Source: Spirochaetia bacterium (lineage in GTDB: Bacteria; Spirochaetota; Spirochaetia; SZUA-6; Bin103). From it: a DNA stretch of 64,000 nt. The notes under the pieces are model-generated. The model did not search any database. It was not told the origin of the DNA and saw nothing but the letters and a program-made list of their open reading frames with translations. Both the position numbers and the translations under genes were made by a program. The stretch covers positions 704,001 to 768,000 of the forward strand of contig OZ241863.1 of assembly GCA_965203055.1 (NCBI GenBank), in the 5' to 3' direction. Position 1 is the first letter of the stretch; the number at the start of each line of letters is the position of its first letter. This document shows, in pieces, positions 39,681 through 50,434 of this stretch.

Positions 39681-39962
39681 ATGGCACGATCGATAAAGAA
39701 GGGGCCGTTCATCGCGCGCAAGCTCTACCAGCGGATCCTGGAGCTGAACCGGACCGGCGAGAAGCGCATGATCCGCACCTATTCCCGTACTTCGACGATC
39801 ATTCCGGAGATGGTGGGGCTGACTATTTCGGTCTACAATGGCAAGACCTGGATACCGGTCTACGTGACGGAAAACCTGGTAGGGCACAAGCTGGGCGAGT
39901 TTGCTCCGACGCGCGTGTTTCGCGGCCATGCCGGGTCCGATCGCAAGGCGGTGCGCCGGTGA
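39681..39962 (+). CDS. rpsS: 30S ribosomal protein S19
   Basis: [25 protein letters not shown]. Confidence 0.99.
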   Translation: MARSIKKGPFIARKLYQRILELNRTGEKRMIRTYSRTSTIIPEMVGLTISVYNGKTWIPVYVTENLVGHKLGEFAPTRVFRGHAGSDRKAVRR

Positions 39963-40324
39963 TCGACGCCGCCAAGGGCCATACGGCCAGCGCCCGCTAC
40001 CTTCGCATCTCTCCCCGCAAGGTGCGTCCGCTGGCCAATTCCGTCCGCCGCAAACCCTACGTCGAGGCGCTGGCCCTGCTCGATGCCCTGCCCCACAAGG
40101 GGGCGAAGGCGCTGCGCAAGGTGGTCAAGTCGGCGGCTGACAACGCCTTGGTCCATAACGAGCAGCTGGATGAGGAGGCGCTCTACGTGAGCCACGTCGA
40201 AGTCAGCGACGCGCCGCGCATGAAGCGGGTGTGGGTGCGCGGCCGCGGCCGCGCCGACCGGCTGCTCAAGCGCATGTGCCACATCGTGGTGGCGGTGGCG
40301 GAAGTGGAAGGGAGCGGGGAGTGA
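39959..40324 (+). CDS. rplV: 50S ribosomal protein L22
   Basis: [22 protein letters not shown]. Confidence 0.97.
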   Translation: MIDAAKGHTASARYLRISPRKVRPLANSVRRKPYVEALALLDALPHKGAKALRKVVKSAADNALVHNEQLDEEALYVSHVEVSDAPRMKRVWVRGRGRADRLLKRMCHIVVAVAEVEGSGE

Positions 40325-40373
40325 GCAGCGCAACGCGCACCGCCATGGCGCGCAATGACATGAGGAGATTGCC

Positions 40374-41075
40374 GTGGGCCAGAAGATAAACCCGATCGGC
40401 ATGCGCTTGGGGATCAACCGTACCTGGAAGTCGAAGTGGTACGTGGATCCGCGAGACTACGCCAAGACGCTACATGAGGACCTGGCCCTGCGCCGGGTGA
40501 TCGAGCGCTCGCCGGACACGCGCGGGGCGGACATCTCCGACGTGGAGATCATTCGTCACCCGCAGCGAATTACGATCATCATCCACACGGGACGGCCCGG
40601 CGTGGTGATCGGCGCCAAGGGCGCCAACATCGAGCGCCTCGGCGGCAGGCTGCAGAGACTGGTCGGCAAGAAGATCCAGATCAAGATCAAGGAGATCCAC
40701 CGCCCGGAGTTGAACGCGCAGCTCATCGCCATGAACGTGGCGCGGCAGCTCCGAACCAAGGCCTCGTTTCGACGCTCCCTCAACATGGCGGTTCAGAATG
40801 CGATGCGCGCCGGGGTCCAGGGCGTCAAGATCAAGATTGGCGGCCGGCTCGGCGGTTCCGAGATGTCGCGCAGCGAGCAGCGCAAGGAGGGCCGTATCCC
40901 GCTGCATACCTTCCGCGCCGACATCGACTACGGGTTCGCCGAGTCGCTCACCGCGATGGGCACGATCGGGGTCAAGGTATGGGTATTCAACGGTGAGCTG
41001 TTCGGGCGGGACACCAAGGAAGATGCCGGCCAGTTGTTGCGCCGCCAGCGTGGGCGCAACCAGGGGCGGTTGTAG
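40374..41075 (+). CDS. rpsC: 30S ribosomal protein S3
   Basis: [23 protein letters not shown] domain, GRIPLHT.RADIDYG; GAGGAG SD. Confidence 0.99.
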   Translation: MGQKINPIGMRLGINRTWKSKWYVDPRDYAKTLHEDLALRRVIERSPDTRGADISDVEIIRHPQRITIIIHTGRPGVVIGAKGANIERLGGRLQRLVGKKIQIKIKEIHRPELNAQLIAMNVARQLRTKASFRRSLNMAVQNAMRAGVQGVKIKIGGRLGGSEMSRSEQRKEGRIPLHTFRADIDYGFAESLTAMGTIGVKVWVFNGELFGRDTKEDAGQLLRRQRGRNQGRL

Positions 41076-41080
41076 CGATC

Positions 41081-41500
41081 ATGCTTAGTCCGAAGCGAGA
41101 GAAGTATCGTAAACGGCAGCGGGGGCGCATCAGCGGCACTGCCACGCGCAAGAACGAGGTGGCGTTCGGCGACTACGGACTGATGGCGTTGGAACCGAAG
41201 CTGATTACCAACCGCCAGATCGAGGCCGCGCGGATTGCCATGACGCGCCACATCCGGCGCGGCGGCAAGGTGTGGATCCGCATCTTCCCCGACAAGCCCT
41301 ACACCAAGAAGCCGGCGGAGACCCGGATGGGCAAGGGCAAGGGGTCCCCGGAGTATTGGGTTGCGCCGGTAAAGCCGGGCACGGTGTTGTTCGAGCTGGC
41401 CGGCGTGCCGCGCCAGGCGGCCAGCGAGGCCATTGCCCTGGCCGGCAGCAAGTTGCCGATCAAGACCCGGTTGCTGGTACGGCGCAACCTGGAAGAGTAG
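41081..41500 (+). CDS. rplP: 50S ribosomal protein L16
   Basis: [29 protein letters not shown]. Confidence 0.99.
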   Translation: MLSPKREKYRKRQRGRISGTATRKNEVAFGDYGLMALEPKLITNRQIEAARIAMTRHIRRGGKVWIRIFPDKPYTKKPAETRMGKGKGSPEYWVAPVKPGTVLFELAGVPRQAASEAIALAGSKLPIKTRLLVRRNLEE

Positions 41501-41512
41501 ACGGCGGCGGAG

Positions 41513-41758
41513 ATGAAAGATTCGTTCAACGATCTCGCCTACGGCGAGCTGCTGCTCCGGCGGGAGGAGCTGCGCAAGCAATTTCGCGACGTGCGCTTCA
41601 ACTTGGTGGTCGGACACGTGGACAACCCGTTGCAGTTGCGCACTCTGCGGCGTAAGCTGGCGCGTTTGAATACCATCGTGCACGAGTATGACCTGCAGAT
41701 CCGGCGGCCGCAGGCAGCGGCGGCTACCGGCGGCGGCCCGGCGGAGGCTGAGGAGTAA
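41513..41758 (+). CDS. rpmC: 50S ribosomal protein L29
   Basis: RF....G...NP...R..RR.LAR..T; operon position; Ala/Gly tail. Confidence 0.93.
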   Translation: MKDSFNDLAYGELLLRREELRKQFRDVRFNLVVGHVDNPLQLRTLRRKLARLNTIVHEYDLQIRRPQAAAATGGGPAEAEE

Positions 41759-41759
41759 C

Positions 41760-42281
41760 ATGGAGAGAGAGGTAGACACCTCGGAACGTTCTCAGGGTGA
41801 CGCGGCCGAGGGCGCGCAGCCCGCGGCGGCCAGTCCCGGCGAGGTGGACGACCGGCCCGCGGCAACGCCGGCGGCCGCAGCGGATGACGCCCCCGCAGCC
41901 GACGCCGGCGTTGCCGCCGCAGCCGGGCCGGCGGCCGCGGCCGCCGGCGGCGCGGAGGCCGGGACTGCGGAGGCCGGGACGGACCAGGGGGCCGCTCCGG
42001 GCGGGGACCCGGCGGCCGTTCCGGCCTCCGGCGCGCGGCGCAAGCGAGTGCTTACGGGCAGCGTAGTCAGCGACAAGGGCGACCGCACGATCGTGGTGAG
42101 CATAGCGCGCCGCAAGAAACACCGGCTCTACAAGAAGTACGTCACTCTGACCAGGAAGTTGAAGGCCCACGACGCGGACAACGAGTGTCGGGTCGGCGAT
42201 CTGGTGCGGGTGGTCGAGAGCCGTCCCCTGAGCAGGGAGAAGCGTTGGCGGCTGGCCGAGATCGTGAAGCGGGCCGGCTAG
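41760..42281 (+). CDS. rpsQ: 30S ribosomal protein S17 with a long N-terminal extension
   Basis: C-terminal G.VVSDK.D.TIVV, H.LYKK, AHD..N....GD.V...ESRPLS..KRW; GAGGAG SD before ATG 41760. Confidence 0.95.
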   Translation: MEREVDTSERSQGDAAEGAQPAAASPGEVDDRPAATPAAAADDAPAADAGVAAAAGPAAAAAGGAEAGTAEAGTDQGAAPGGDPAAVPASGARRKRVLTGSVVSDKGDRTIVVSIARRKKHRLYKKYVTLTRKLKAHDADNECRVGDLVRVVESRPLSREKRWRLAEIVKRAG

Positions 42282-42302
42282 GATTCTGCGGGACGGACGA
42301 GC

Positions 42303-42671
42303 ATGATTCAGATGATGAGCTACCTCAACGTGGCCGACAACAGCGGAGCCAAGCGCGTGCAGTGCATCAAGATCCTGGGCGGATCGCGGCGCCGCTCCGC
42401 TTCGGTCGGCGACACGGTGGTGGTGGCGGTGAAGGTTGCGCTGCCCGGCGGCGCGATCAAGAAGGGCTCCATGACGCGCGCGGTCGTGGTACGTACCAGA
42501 AAGGAGTTGAAGCGGGCTGACGGCACCTATATCCGGTTCGACGACAACGCCTGCGTCTTGGTGGACCCGGCCGGCAACCCGGCCGGGAAGCGTATCTTTG
42601 GTCCCGTCGCGCGCGAGCTGCGCGAGCGCGACTACATGAAGATCGTGTCGCTCGCGCCGGAGGTGTTGTAG
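42303..42671 (+). CDS. rplN: 50S ribosomal protein L14
   Basis: [33 protein letters not shown]. Confidence 0.99.
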   Translation: MIQMMSYLNVADNSGAKRVQCIKILGGSRRRSASVGDTVVVAVKVALPGGAIKKGSMTRAVVVRTRKELKRADGTYIRFDDNACVLVDPAGNPAGKRIFGPVARELRERDYMKIVSLAPEVL

Positions 42672-42672
42672 T

Positions 42673-42993
42673 ATGGGAGTACGCAGCAAGCTGAAGATCG
42701 GCGACCAGGTGCGCATCGTGAGCGGGCGTTCGCGCGGGCGCGAGGGCCGCGTGCTGCGGCTGGACCGCGGGCGCCAGCGGGTATGGGTGGAAGGCGCCAA
42801 CATGGTAAAGAAGGCGGTGCGCTCCAAGAACCCGAACCAGCCGCAACAAGGCGGTCTGACCGACGTGGAGGCGAGTGTGAACTGGGCCAGCGTCATGCTG
42901 ATATGCCGCCGTTGCGGCATTACTCGTATCGGCTATGGGGTGCGCGACGCGGACAAGGTGCGGATCTGCCGGAAGTGCGGAGAGCCGCTGTGA
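42673..42993 (+). CDS. rplX: 50S ribosomal protein L24
   Basis: KOW GD.V.IVSG...G.EG.V, VEG.N..KK; two CxxC pairs at the C-terminus. Confidence 0.96.
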   Translation: MGVRSKLKIGDQVRIVSGRSRGREGRVLRLDRGRQRVWVEGANMVKKAVRSKNPNQPQQGGLTDVEASVNWASVMLICRRCGITRIGYGVRDADKVRICRKCGEPL

Positions 42994-43586
42994 GCAAGCG
43001 ACGTGCGGCGGCCGACCGCGTACCGGCCGGCTATACCCCGCGCTTGAAGGCGCGTTATCGGGCGCAGGTGGCGCAGGAGTTGCGCGAGGAGTTCAATTAC
43101 CGGTCGCCGATGCAGACCCCAAGGCTGGAAAAGATCGTGCTGAGCGTCGGCGTCGGTGAGGCGGTGAACAACAAGAAGCTGCTGGACACCGCGGTTGTCG
43201 AGCTGACGCAGATATCCGGCCTGCGGGCGGTGCGCACCAAGGCGCGGAAGTCGATAGCAGCGTTCAAGATCCGCCAGGGTATGGAGATCGGGGCCATGGT
43301 AACGCTGCGCGGCAACCACATGTACGAGTTTCTGGACCGCCTGGTGAACGTGGCCATTCCCCGCATCAAGGACTTCCGCGGCTGCAGCGCCAACTCCTTC
43401 GATGGCCGCGGCAACTACGCCATGGGGGTAGACGACCAGACGATCTTTCCGGAGATCGACTACGACAAGGTGGAGCGTATTTCGGGCCTCAACATCGCCA
43501 TCGTCACGAGCGCCTCTACCGATCGGGAGGCGCGCAGCCTGCTGGCCGCGCTGGGCATGCCGTTTCAACGGCCGGAGGCAAACTGA
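42990..43586 (+). CDS. rplE: 50S ribosomal protein L5
   Basis: [44 protein letters not shown] overlap with rplX. Confidence 0.98.
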   Translation: MSKRRAAADRVPAGYTPRLKARYRAQVAQELREEFNYRSPMQTPRLEKIVLSVGVGEAVNNKKLLDTAVVELTQISGLRAVRTKARKSIAAFKIRQGMEIGAMVTLRGNHMYEFLDRLVNVAIPRIKDFRGCSANSFDGRGNYAMGVDDQTIFPEIDYDKVERISGLNIAIVTSASTDREARSLLAALGMPFQRPEAN

Positions 43587-43771
43587 TGGCGCGCAAGTCT
43601 CTCATCGTCAAGGCGCAGCGCAAGCCGAAGTACAAGGTGCGCGCGGTAAATCGTTGTCGGCTTTGTGGCCGGGCGCGTGGCTATATGCGTAAGTTCGAGC
43701 TCTGCCGGATCTGCTTTCGAGATCTGGCGAGCACCGGCAAGATTCCGGGCGTGACGAAGTCGAGTTGGTAG
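43586..43771 (+). CDS. rpsN: 30S ribosomal protein S14, zinc-binding type Z (61 aa)
   Basis: RCxxCGR...LCRxCFR, IPGV.KSSW. Confidence 0.98.
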   Translation: MARKSLIVKAQRKPKYKVRAVNRCRLCGRARGYMRKFELCRICFRDLASTGKIPGVTKSSW

Positions 43772-43783
43772 AGAAGGAAACTG

Positions 43784-44182
43784 ATGGCTGTTAGCGATCC
43801 GATTGCCGATATGCTCGCGAAGATCAAGAATGCCAGCGCCGCCGGTCACGAGAGTGTCAATATCCGGCCCTCTCAGATCAAGTTGGAGATCATCAAGATC
43901 CTCAAGATCGAGGGCTATATCAGGAACTTCAAGAAGGTCAAGGTGGACGGGCACACGAATATCTGTGTGTTTCTCAAGTACGATGGACAACTGAAGCCGA
44001 TCATTCAGGGGATCGACCGGATTTCCAAGCCGGGCCGGCGCGTCTACTCCGGGTACCGCACCATGCCGCGCGTGCTGAACGGCTACGGCACCCTGGTAGT
44101 GTCCACCTCTTCCGGCGTGACCACCGGCCGCAAGGCGCGCGAGCGCAAGGCGGGCGGCGAGTTGATCTGCACGGTGTGGTAG
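43784..44182 (+). CDS. rpsH: 30S ribosomal protein S8
   Basis: [28 protein letters not shown]. Confidence 0.99.
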   Translation: MAVSDPIADMLAKIKNASAAGHESVNIRPSQIKLEIIKILKIEGYIRNFKKVKVDGHTNICVFLKYDGQLKPIIQGIDRISKPGRRVYSGYRTMPRVLNGYGTLVVSTSSGVTTGRKARERKAGGELICTVW

Positions 44183-44186
44183 GCGT

Positions 44187-44732
44187 ATGTCTCGGATAGG
44201 AGTCATTCCGGTGACCGTGCCGCAGGGCGTGGCGGTCACCATCGCCGGCAACGACGTCTCTGCCGAGGGGCCGAACGGAGCCCTCAGCGTACGGACCAGC
44301 GGCAATATCGCCGTCAGTCTGGAGCAGGGCCGAATTACGGTTACCCGGGGGGACGAGGCAAAGCGCACCAAGGCGTTGCACGGCCTGTATCGCAAGCTGA
44401 TCTGGAACATGGTGACCGGGGTCTCCACCGGGTTTCGCAAGCTGTTGGTGATCAACGGGGTAGGCTATCGGGCCGAGGTCCAGGGCAAGACGCTGGTGCT
44501 CAATCTCGGTTACTCGAACCCGGTCAGCTACGCGTTTCGGGAGGGCATTGCCATCGAGGTGCAGGGTGGCAATCGGATCGTGGTTTCCGGCGCCGACCGC
44601 CAGGCCGTGGGCCAGGCGGCGGCGGAGATCCGCGCCTTCCGGCCGCCTGAGCCCTATAAGGGAAAGGGTGTGAGGTACGAGAACGAACAGGTACGCCGCA
44701 AGGCCGGCAAGGCGATGGTGGCCAGCGGATGA
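44187..44732 (+). CDS. rplF: 50S ribosomal protein L6
   Basis: MSRIG, GVGYRA, LGYSNP, RPPEPYKGKGVRY. Confidence 0.99.
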   Translation: MSRIGVIPVTVPQGVAVTIAGNDVSAEGPNGALSVRTSGNIAVSLEQGRITVTRGDEAKRTKALHGLYRKLIWNMVTGVSTGFRKLLVINGVGYRAEVQGKTLVLNLGYSNPVSYAFREGIAIEVQGGNRIVVSGADRQAVGQAAAEIRAFRPPEPYKGKGVRYENEQVRRKAGKAMVASG

Positions 44733-45112
44733 GCCGCGGCAGACCGGAGAGCCGCAGCGCTGCGCCTGCCAAGCGCCGGCGTTGGCTGCGGCGCAAGCAG
44801 CGCATACGCCGGCGGGTAAGCGGCACCGCGGAGCGGCCGCGGCTTACCGTGTACAAGAGCAACCACTGCATTTACGTGCAGGTGGTGGACGATCGGCGCG
44901 GTCATACGTTGCTGGCCGCTTCCAGCCGCGAACCGGCATTGCGCGCCGCCGGCAACACGGTTGCCGGCGCGGCCCAACTAGGAGCGGCGGTAGGGGAGCG
45001 GCTGCGCGAGCAGAGGATCAGCGAGGTGGTGTTCGATCGTAATGGATATGCCTACCACGGCGTCGTCGGCTCGTTGGCCGACGCGGTACGCGAGGCTGGT
45101 ATCAAGGTATGA
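44729..45112 (+). CDS. rplR: 50S ribosomal protein L18
   Basis: GTAERPRL.V.KSN..IY.Q..DD, VVFDRNG..YHG. Confidence 0.98.
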   Translation: MSRGRPESRSAAPAKRRRWLRRKQRIRRRVSGTAERPRLTVYKSNHCIYVQVVDDRRGHTLLAASSREPALRAAGNTVAGAAQLGAAVGERLREQRISEVVFDRNGYAYHGVVGSLADAVREAGIKV

Positions 45113-45149
45113 TGCCAAGCTGCGATATGCTTTGTGAGTACGACAGACG

Positions 45150-45197
45150 ATGAGTAGCCGGATGAGTGGCCGGATGGGTGGCCGGATGGGCGGGCGC
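45150..45197 (+). repeat. Four degenerate 12-nt tandem units, each beginning with ATG
   Basis: ATGAGTAGCCGG ATGAGTGGCCGG ATGGGTGGCCGG ATGGGCGGGCGC. Confidence 0.85.
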
Positions 45198-45692
45198 GGC
45201 TTCAACGAGCGCCGCGACGACATGTTCGAGAAGCTGGTGCGTCTGAACCGCATCGCCAAGGTGGTGAAGGGCGGACGCCGCTTCTCATTCTCGGCGTTGG
45301 TGGTAGTGGGCGACCGCAAGGGCCGGGTCGGCTACGGGTTCGGCAAGGCCAACTACGTGGCGGACGCCATCCGCAAGAGCAGCGACCGGGCGCGGCGCAA
45401 CCTGGTGCAGGTGCCGCGCCGCCGCTCGACGCTGCCGCACCCCGTCAACGGAATGTTCAAGGGGTCCAACGTACTCCTCCGGCCGGCCGCGCCCGGTACC
45501 GGGATCATTGCGGGCGGGCCGGTGCGCGCGGTGATGGAGGCGGCCGGCATCACCGACGTACTGAGCAAGTCGCTCGGTTCGCAGAACCCCATGAACATCG
45601 TCAAGGCGGTGTTCGCCGGCTTCGAACGGCTCATGGATGCCCGCACCGTGGCCGCCAACCGCGGCAAGACGGTGCGCGAACTGTGGGGGTAG
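45150..45692 (+). CDS. rpsE: 30S ribosomal protein S5
   Basis: [41 protein letters not shown]. Exact start uncertain (several in-frame ATGs). Confidence 0.98.
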   Translation: MSSRMSGRMGGRMGGRGFNERRDDMFEKLVRLNRIAKVVKGGRRFSFSALVVVGDRKGRVGYGFGKANYVADAIRKSSDRARRNLVQVPRRRSTLPHPVNGMFKGSNVLLRPAAPGTGIIAGGPVRAVMEAAGITDVLSKSLGSQNPMNIVKAVFAGFERLMDARTVAANRGKTVRELWG

Positions 45693-45694
45693 AC

Positions 45695-45904
45695 GTGGGT
45701 GAACCGGCGCCCGGCGCGCTGCGCATCCGCTTGGTGCGGAGTCCGGCGGGACGCAAGCCGCGCCATCGACGCACCCTGGAGGCATTGGGCCTGCGCCGGG
45801 TGGGTCAGACCGTGCGCCACGCGGCGCGGCCGGAGATTCTGAAGATGGTGGCGCAGGTGTCCTATCTGTTGGCCGTGGAACCTGCCGCGGGAGAGGAGTC
45901 GTGA
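45695..45904 (+). CDS. rpmD: 50S ribosomal protein L30
   Basis: I.LVRS..G.....R.TL.ALGLRR..Q.V; position between rpsE and rplO. Confidence 0.95.
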   Translation: MGEPAPGALRIRLVRSPAGRKPRHRRTLEALGLRRVGQTVRHAARPEILKMVAQVSYLLAVEPAAGEES

Positions 45905-46368
45905 GCGACCGGGCGGCAAGGTATCTTTCCATCGATGGTCCCCGCAAGCCGCGCGGCGCCACGCGCCCGCGCCGCGTCGTCGGACGGGGCGCCGGGAGCG
46001 GCCGCGGCAGCACCGCCGGGCGCGGTACCAAGGGCCAGAACGCGCGCTCGGGCGGCGGCGTGCGGCCCGGGTTCGAGGGCGGCCAGATGCCCCTCTACCG
46101 GCGAATCGCGCGGCGCGGGTTTTCCAACGCCCTGTTTCGCGCGGAATACACGGTGATCAATCTGGACGCGCTGGCGCGGTTCGAGGCAGGCGCCGTCGTG
46201 ACGGCGCAATCGCTGGCCGAGCGCGGCGTCATCAAGAAGCCGGGCGCCGCGGTCAAGATTCTCGGTAACGGCAATGTCGCGGTCAGTCTGGACGTGCGGG
46301 TGGCGCAGGTGTCGAGCGGCGCCCGCGCCAAGATCGAGGCCGCCGGCGGCAGCGTGACGTTGGTGTAG
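45901..46368 (+). CDS. rplO: 50S ribosomal protein L15
   Basis: GRG.GSG.G.TAGRG.KGQ.ARSG, FEGGQMPLYRR, KILG.G, KIEAAGG. Confidence 0.98.
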   Translation: MSDRAARYLSIDGPRKPRGATRPRRVVGRGAGSGRGSTAGRGTKGQNARSGGGVRPGFEGGQMPLYRRIARRGFSNALFRAEYTVINLDALARFEAGAVVTAQSLAERGVIKKPGAAVKILGNGNVAVSLDVRVAQVSSGARAKIEAAGGSVTLV

Positions 46369-46372
46369 CGGC

Positions 46373-47695
46373 GTGGCTTCCAATCCCCTGGTCGACATCT
46401 TCCGAATCAAGGACTTGCGCGACCGCATCCTGTTCACCGTCGCCATGCTGCTGGTGTTCCGACTCGGCGCCGTGCTCCCCATTCCGGGGGTCAACGTCAC
46501 CGCCCTGAATGATTTCTTCACCGCCCAACAGAGCTCCGGAACGGTTGGAATAACTGACTATTTCGACTTCTTTTCCGGCGGCGCGTTTACCAATTTTTCG
46601 GTGTTCATGCTGGGCATCGTACCCTACATCACTACCTCCATCATCATGCAACTCATGCTGATGGTATTCCCGAAGCTGAAGAAGATCTCGGAGGAGGAAG
46701 GGGGCCGGCAACGCATCCAGCGCTACACCCGCTACGGTACCGTGCTGGTGTGTCTGGTACAATCCTTCACGGTGACCGAGTTTGCCAATTCGATTCCCGA
46801 CGCCATCACCATGGCGCGCGTGCCGTACACCATAATCGCGATGATTACGGTTACCGCCGGCACCGTGTTCCTGATGTGGATCGGAGAACAGATTACGCAG
46901 CGGGGCATTGGCAACGGCATCTCGCTGCTTATCTTTGCGGGCATCGTGGCGCGGGTTCCCAACGCGATCTGGATCATCATTACCCAGATCCAGAGACAGG
47001 ACCTGAATCCGGTGTACGCCATCGTGGTATTCGGCGTGTTCGTCGGCGTCATCGCGCTGATCGTGTACGAGCAGCAGGGCCAGCGCAGGATCCCGGTCAA
47101 CTACGCCAAGCGGGTGGTGGGACGCCGCGTATACGGCGCGCAGAATGCCTATCTGCCGTTCAAGATCAATCCTTCCGGGGTCATTCCCGTAATCTTCGCG
47201 TCGTCGGCGTTGATCTTCCCGTTGCAGATCGCGCAGAACCTCGGCAGCAGTCAGGCGTGGTTGTCGCGCTTCGCCTCGTGGCTCCGCCCGGACGGGCTGC
47301 CGTACGTGATCGTGTACGCCTTGCTGATCATCTTCTTCGCCTATTTCTATACGCAGGTGACGCTGAATCCGGTCGAGATCGCGCGTCAGATTCGCGAGAA
47401 CGGCGGTTCCATCCGCGGTATCAGTTCGGAGAACATGCGGGAGTATTTGACGCGCATCCTGAACCGCATCATTCTGCCGGGGGCGCTGTTCCTGGCATTC
47501 ATCGCAATCATACCATCCATCATCCAGGCGTTGTTCGCGTTCCCGTCCTCGGTCGCGTTCTTGATGGGCGGCACCTCGCTGCTGATCATGGTGGGAGTGG
47601 ACCTCGACACCATGAGCCAGATAGAAGGGCACCTGAGGATGCATCACCACGAGGGACTGACCAAGAAGGGCCGCATCCGGTCCCGCAACCTGTGA
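46373..47695 (+). CDS. secY: Preprotein translocase SecY
   Basis: LGIVPYIT.SII.QL, GEQIT.RGIGNG.SL.IFAGI, GVIPVIFASS, GGTSLLI.VGV. Confidence 0.99.
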   Translation: MASNPLVDIFRIKDLRDRILFTVAMLLVFRLGAVLPIPGVNVTALNDFFTAQQSSGTVGITDYFDFFSGGAFTNFSVFMLGIVPYITTSIIMQLMLMVFPKLKKISEEEGGRQRIQRYTRYGTVLVCLVQSFTVTEFANSIPDAITMARVPYTIIAMITVTAGTVFLMWIGEQITQRGIGNGISLLIFAGIVARVPNAIWIIITQIQRQDLNPVYAIVVFGVFVGVIALIVYEQQGQRRIPVNYAKRVVGRRVYGAQNAYLPFKINPSGVIPVIFASSALIFPLQIAQNLGSSQAWLSRFASWLRPDGLPYVIVYALLIIFFAYFYTQVTLNPVEIARQIRENGGSIRGISSENMREYLTRILNRIILPGALFLAFIAIIPSIIQALFAFPSSVAFLMGGTSLLIMVGVDLDTMSQIEGHLRMHHHEGLTKKGRIRSRNL

Positions 47696-47723
47696 TCCAC
47701 GGATACCTTAGGAGAGTGACCGC

Positions 47724-47840
47724 ATGAAGGTACGCGTCAGTGTCAAGAAGATGTGCAACAAGTGCAAGGTGATCCGCCGCCGCGGGGTGGTGCGCGTGAT
47801 CTGCGACAACCCCAAGCACAAGCAGCGGCAACGCGGGTGA
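47724..47840 (+). CDS. rpmJ: 50S ribosomal protein L36 (38 aa, not in ORF track)
   Basis: [45 protein letters not shown]. Confidence 0.97.
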   Translation: MKVRVSVKKMCNKCKVIRRRGVVRVICDNPKHKQRQRG

Positions 47841-47862
47841 TGCCGCGCTTCATGGAGGCAGC

Positions 47863-48243
47863 ATGGCACGAATAGCGGGTATCGACCTGCCCAACAAGCA
47901 CGTAGATATCGCTCTGACCTATATCTTCGGCATTGGACGTTCGGCGGCGAGCGCCATCTGTCACACCGTCGGAGTGGATCCCGAGGCGCGGATGAGCGAT
48001 CTCACCGCCGATCAGGTGACTCGCCTGCGGCAGGTGATCGAGTCCGACTACCAGGTAGAGGGGCGGCTGCGCAGCGAGGTGTCGATGCACATCAAGCGGT
48101 TGATGGACATCGGCTGCTACCGCGGCATCCGGCATCGCCGCGGCCTCCCGGTTCGGGGGCAGCGTACCCGTACCAACGCCCGCATTCGCAAGGGCAAGCG
48201 CAAGACGGTGGCCGGCAAGCGCAAGGCGCCGTCCGCCAAGTAG
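47863..48243 (+). CDS. rpsM: 30S ribosomal protein S13
   Basis: [30 protein letters not shown]. Confidence 0.99.
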   Translation: MARIAGIDLPNKHVDIALTYIFGIGRSAASAICHTVGVDPEARMSDLTADQVTRLRQVIESDYQVEGRLRSEVSMHIKRLMDIGCYRGIRHRRGLPVRGQRTRTNARIRKGKRKTVAGKRKAPSAK

Positions 48244-48256
48244 CAACGGAGAAGCA

Positions 48257-48628
48257 GTGGCTAAACGAGCAGCGAGAAGACAGGTAAGCCAGGGCAACGT
48301 CTACATTCAGGCTACCTTCAACAACACGATCGTCACGATTACCGACCTCATGGGCAACGCGGTGGCTTGGGCATCCGCCGGTTCGCTCGGCTTCCGGGGC
48401 GCGAAGAAGTCGACCCCGTTCGCCGCTCAGACCACGGCGGAGACCGCGGCGCGCAGGGCGATGGAGTACGGCCTGCAGGAAGTGAGCGTCTACGTCAAAG
48501 GGCCGGGCGGCGGCGGCGAGTCCGCGATTCGTTCGCTGGGGGCGTTGGGGTTGCGAGTGCGGGCGATCCGCAACGTCACTCCGATACCGCACAACGGCTG
48601 CCGCCCGCAGAAGAAGCGGCGGGTGTGA
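48257..48628 (+). CDS. rpsK: 30S ribosomal protein S11
   Basis: [32 protein letters not shown]. Confidence 0.99.
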   Translation: MAKRAARRQVSQGNVYIQATFNNTIVTITDLMGNAVAWASAGSLGFRGAKKSTPFAAQTTAETAARRAMEYGLQEVSVYVKGPGGGGESAIRSLGALGLRVRAIRNVTPIPHNGCRPQKKRRV

Positions 48629-48640
48629 GAGGAGCCGATC

Positions 48641-49276
48641 ATGGGTAGGTACCTGGGACCGGCGTGTCGGCTGTGCCGGACCGAGAACGTGAAGCTGTTT
48701 CTCAAGGGAGACCGCTGCCACAGCCCCAAGTGTCAGATCACCAAGCGCAAGGGCAAACCGGGAAAGAGCCCGCGCGCGCGTCCCCAGAAGGTGTCTGATT
48801 TCGGCGTGCAGATGCGCGAAAAGCAGAAGGTAAAGCGCATGTATGGCATGTTCGAGCGCCAGTTTCGGAACTTCTTTCAGAAGGCGGCGCGAGAACGCGG
48901 CGTGACCGGCGAGAACCTGATCAGGCTGCTGGAAAAGAGGCTCGACAACATCGTATACCGGCTCCATTTCGCATCTTCGCGGAAGCAGGCCCGGCAGCTC
49001 GTCGCGCACGGCCATATTCTGGTGAACGGCCGGAGGGTCACCATTCCGTCGTATCTGGTGCGCGAAAACGATTCCATCGAGGTGCACGAACGCGCCAAGC
49101 GGCTGACCATAATAAAGGACGGTCTCAAGGAGTTTTCCCGGGCCGGAGTGGTGCCGTGGCTGCAGGTCGATCCTGACGCTCTTAGCGGGCTGGTACGGGC
49201 CATTCCGCAGCGCAGCGAGGTCACCGATCTGGCTGACGTGAACGAGCAGCTCATCGTCGAGCTGTACTCGAAGTGA
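48641..49276 (+). CDS. rpsD: 30S ribosomal protein S4
   Basis: CxxCR..N.KLFLKG.RC...KC zinc site, EKQK, LE.RLDN.VYR, ARQLV.HGH, IVELYSK. Confidence 0.99.
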   Translation: MGRYLGPACRLCRTENVKLFLKGDRCHSPKCQITKRKGKPGKSPRARPQKVSDFGVQMREKQKVKRMYGMFERQFRNFFQKAARERGVTGENLIRLLEKRLDNIVYRLHFASSRKQARQLVAHGHILVNGRRVTIPSYLVRENDSIEVHERAKRLTIIKDGLKEFSRAGVVPWLQVDPDALSGLVRAIPQRSEVTDLADVNEQLIVELYSK

Positions 49277-49282
49277 GTCGCC

Positions 49283-50434
49283 ATGCCGCGTAAGAGTCTG
49301 CTGACGGGACTGATGCGTCCCAAGAACATCCAGTTCGAGCACGATGAAGTGGGCGACCGGTTCGGCCGCTTCATCGCCTACCCGTTCGAGCGTGGCTACG
49401 GGGTAACCGTGGGCAATACGCTGCGGCGCATCCTGCTTTCCTCGATCCAGGGATACGCCGTGTCGGCGATTCACGTGACCAGCTTCGACGCCGAGGGAGT
49501 TCCCAGCGTCCTGTCCAGCGAATTCGATTCGATTCCCAACGTAGTCGAAGACACGCCCGACGTCATCAACGCTCTGAAGCAGCTCAAGATCGCGCTTGCG
49601 GACGAGCTGGACCAGAAGACCATTGTGATCGAGACCAAGGGTCCCGCCGAGCTTACCGGCGCCGATCTTGGCGCCGACCGGCAGGTGCGGATGCTCAATC
49701 CGGAGCTGAAGCTGGCCACGCTCATGGAAGGCGCCAACCTGCTGCTTGAGATTCAGATCGAGCTGGGGCGCGGCTACGTTCCGGCCGAGCGTCACAAACA
49801 GTACATACAGGTGGCGGGAACCGTCGCCGTGGATGCCATCTTCTCGCCTATCCTGAAGGTGAAGTACACGGTCGAGAACACCCGTGTCGGACAACGCACC
49901 GATTACGACAAGTTGGTCCTCGAGATTACCACCGACGGCACCGTGTCACCGGAAGATGCATTGGCTGAGGCCGCCAAGATAGCCAAGGAACAGTTCACCA
50001 TATTCATCAACTTCGACGAGGAAGAGGGAGCCGAAGACGATGTCTATGATGAAGAGGATGAACGCGCCAGGGCACTGCTCAATACCCCGGTCAAGGAGCT
50101 GGAGTTGTCCGTGCGGTCCAGCAATTGTCTACAGCACGCGCAGATCTATACGATCTGGGACTTGGTGACCAAGACCGAGGAAGAGATCAAGAAGACGCGC
50201 AACTTCGGCACCAAGTCGCTGGACGAGATCAAGTCCCGACTGGCGGCTTTGAATCTGCGTCTCGGAATCAGCGACTACGACGAATTCAAGACCGAGCTGA
50301 GAGGGGAGGACGCGGCGGATGCGGCAGTCGCCGGCGTCGACTCCTACGCGGTCGAGCCGGAGCAGGCGCCGGCGGGTGAGGTTGGCGCCGGCGGCGCCCC
50401 GGCCGCGGCCCCGGTGGAGGGGCAACAGGCATGA
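49283..50434 (+). CDS. rpoA: RNA polymerase subunit alpha
   Basis: [40 protein letters not shown] alpha-CTD; acidic Ala-rich tail. Confidence 0.99.
   Translation: MPRKSLLTGLMRPKNIQFEHDEVGDRFGRFIAYPFERGYGVTVGNTLRRILLSSIQGYAVSAIHVTSFDAEGVPSVLSSEFDSIPNVVEDTPDVINALKQLKIALADELDQKTIVIETKGPAELTGADLGADRQVRMLNPELKLATLMEGANLLLEIQIELGRGYVPAERHKQYIQVAGTVAVDAIFSPILKVKYTVENTRVGQRTDYDKLVLEITTDGTVSPEDALAEAAKIAKEQFTIFINFDEEEGAEDDVYDEEDERARALLNTPVKELELSVRSSNCLQHAQIYTIWDLVTKTEEEIKKTRNFGTKSLDEIKSRLAALNLRLGISDYDEFKTELRGEDAADAAVAGVDSYAVEPEQAPAGEVGAGGAPAAAPVEGQQA

Noticed and set aside
40321..40389. 22-codon mini ORF starting at the GTGA overlap with the rplV stop and running over the rpsC start
   Set aside because: Too short to support, no motif, and rpsC has its own GAGGAG SD; probably chance.
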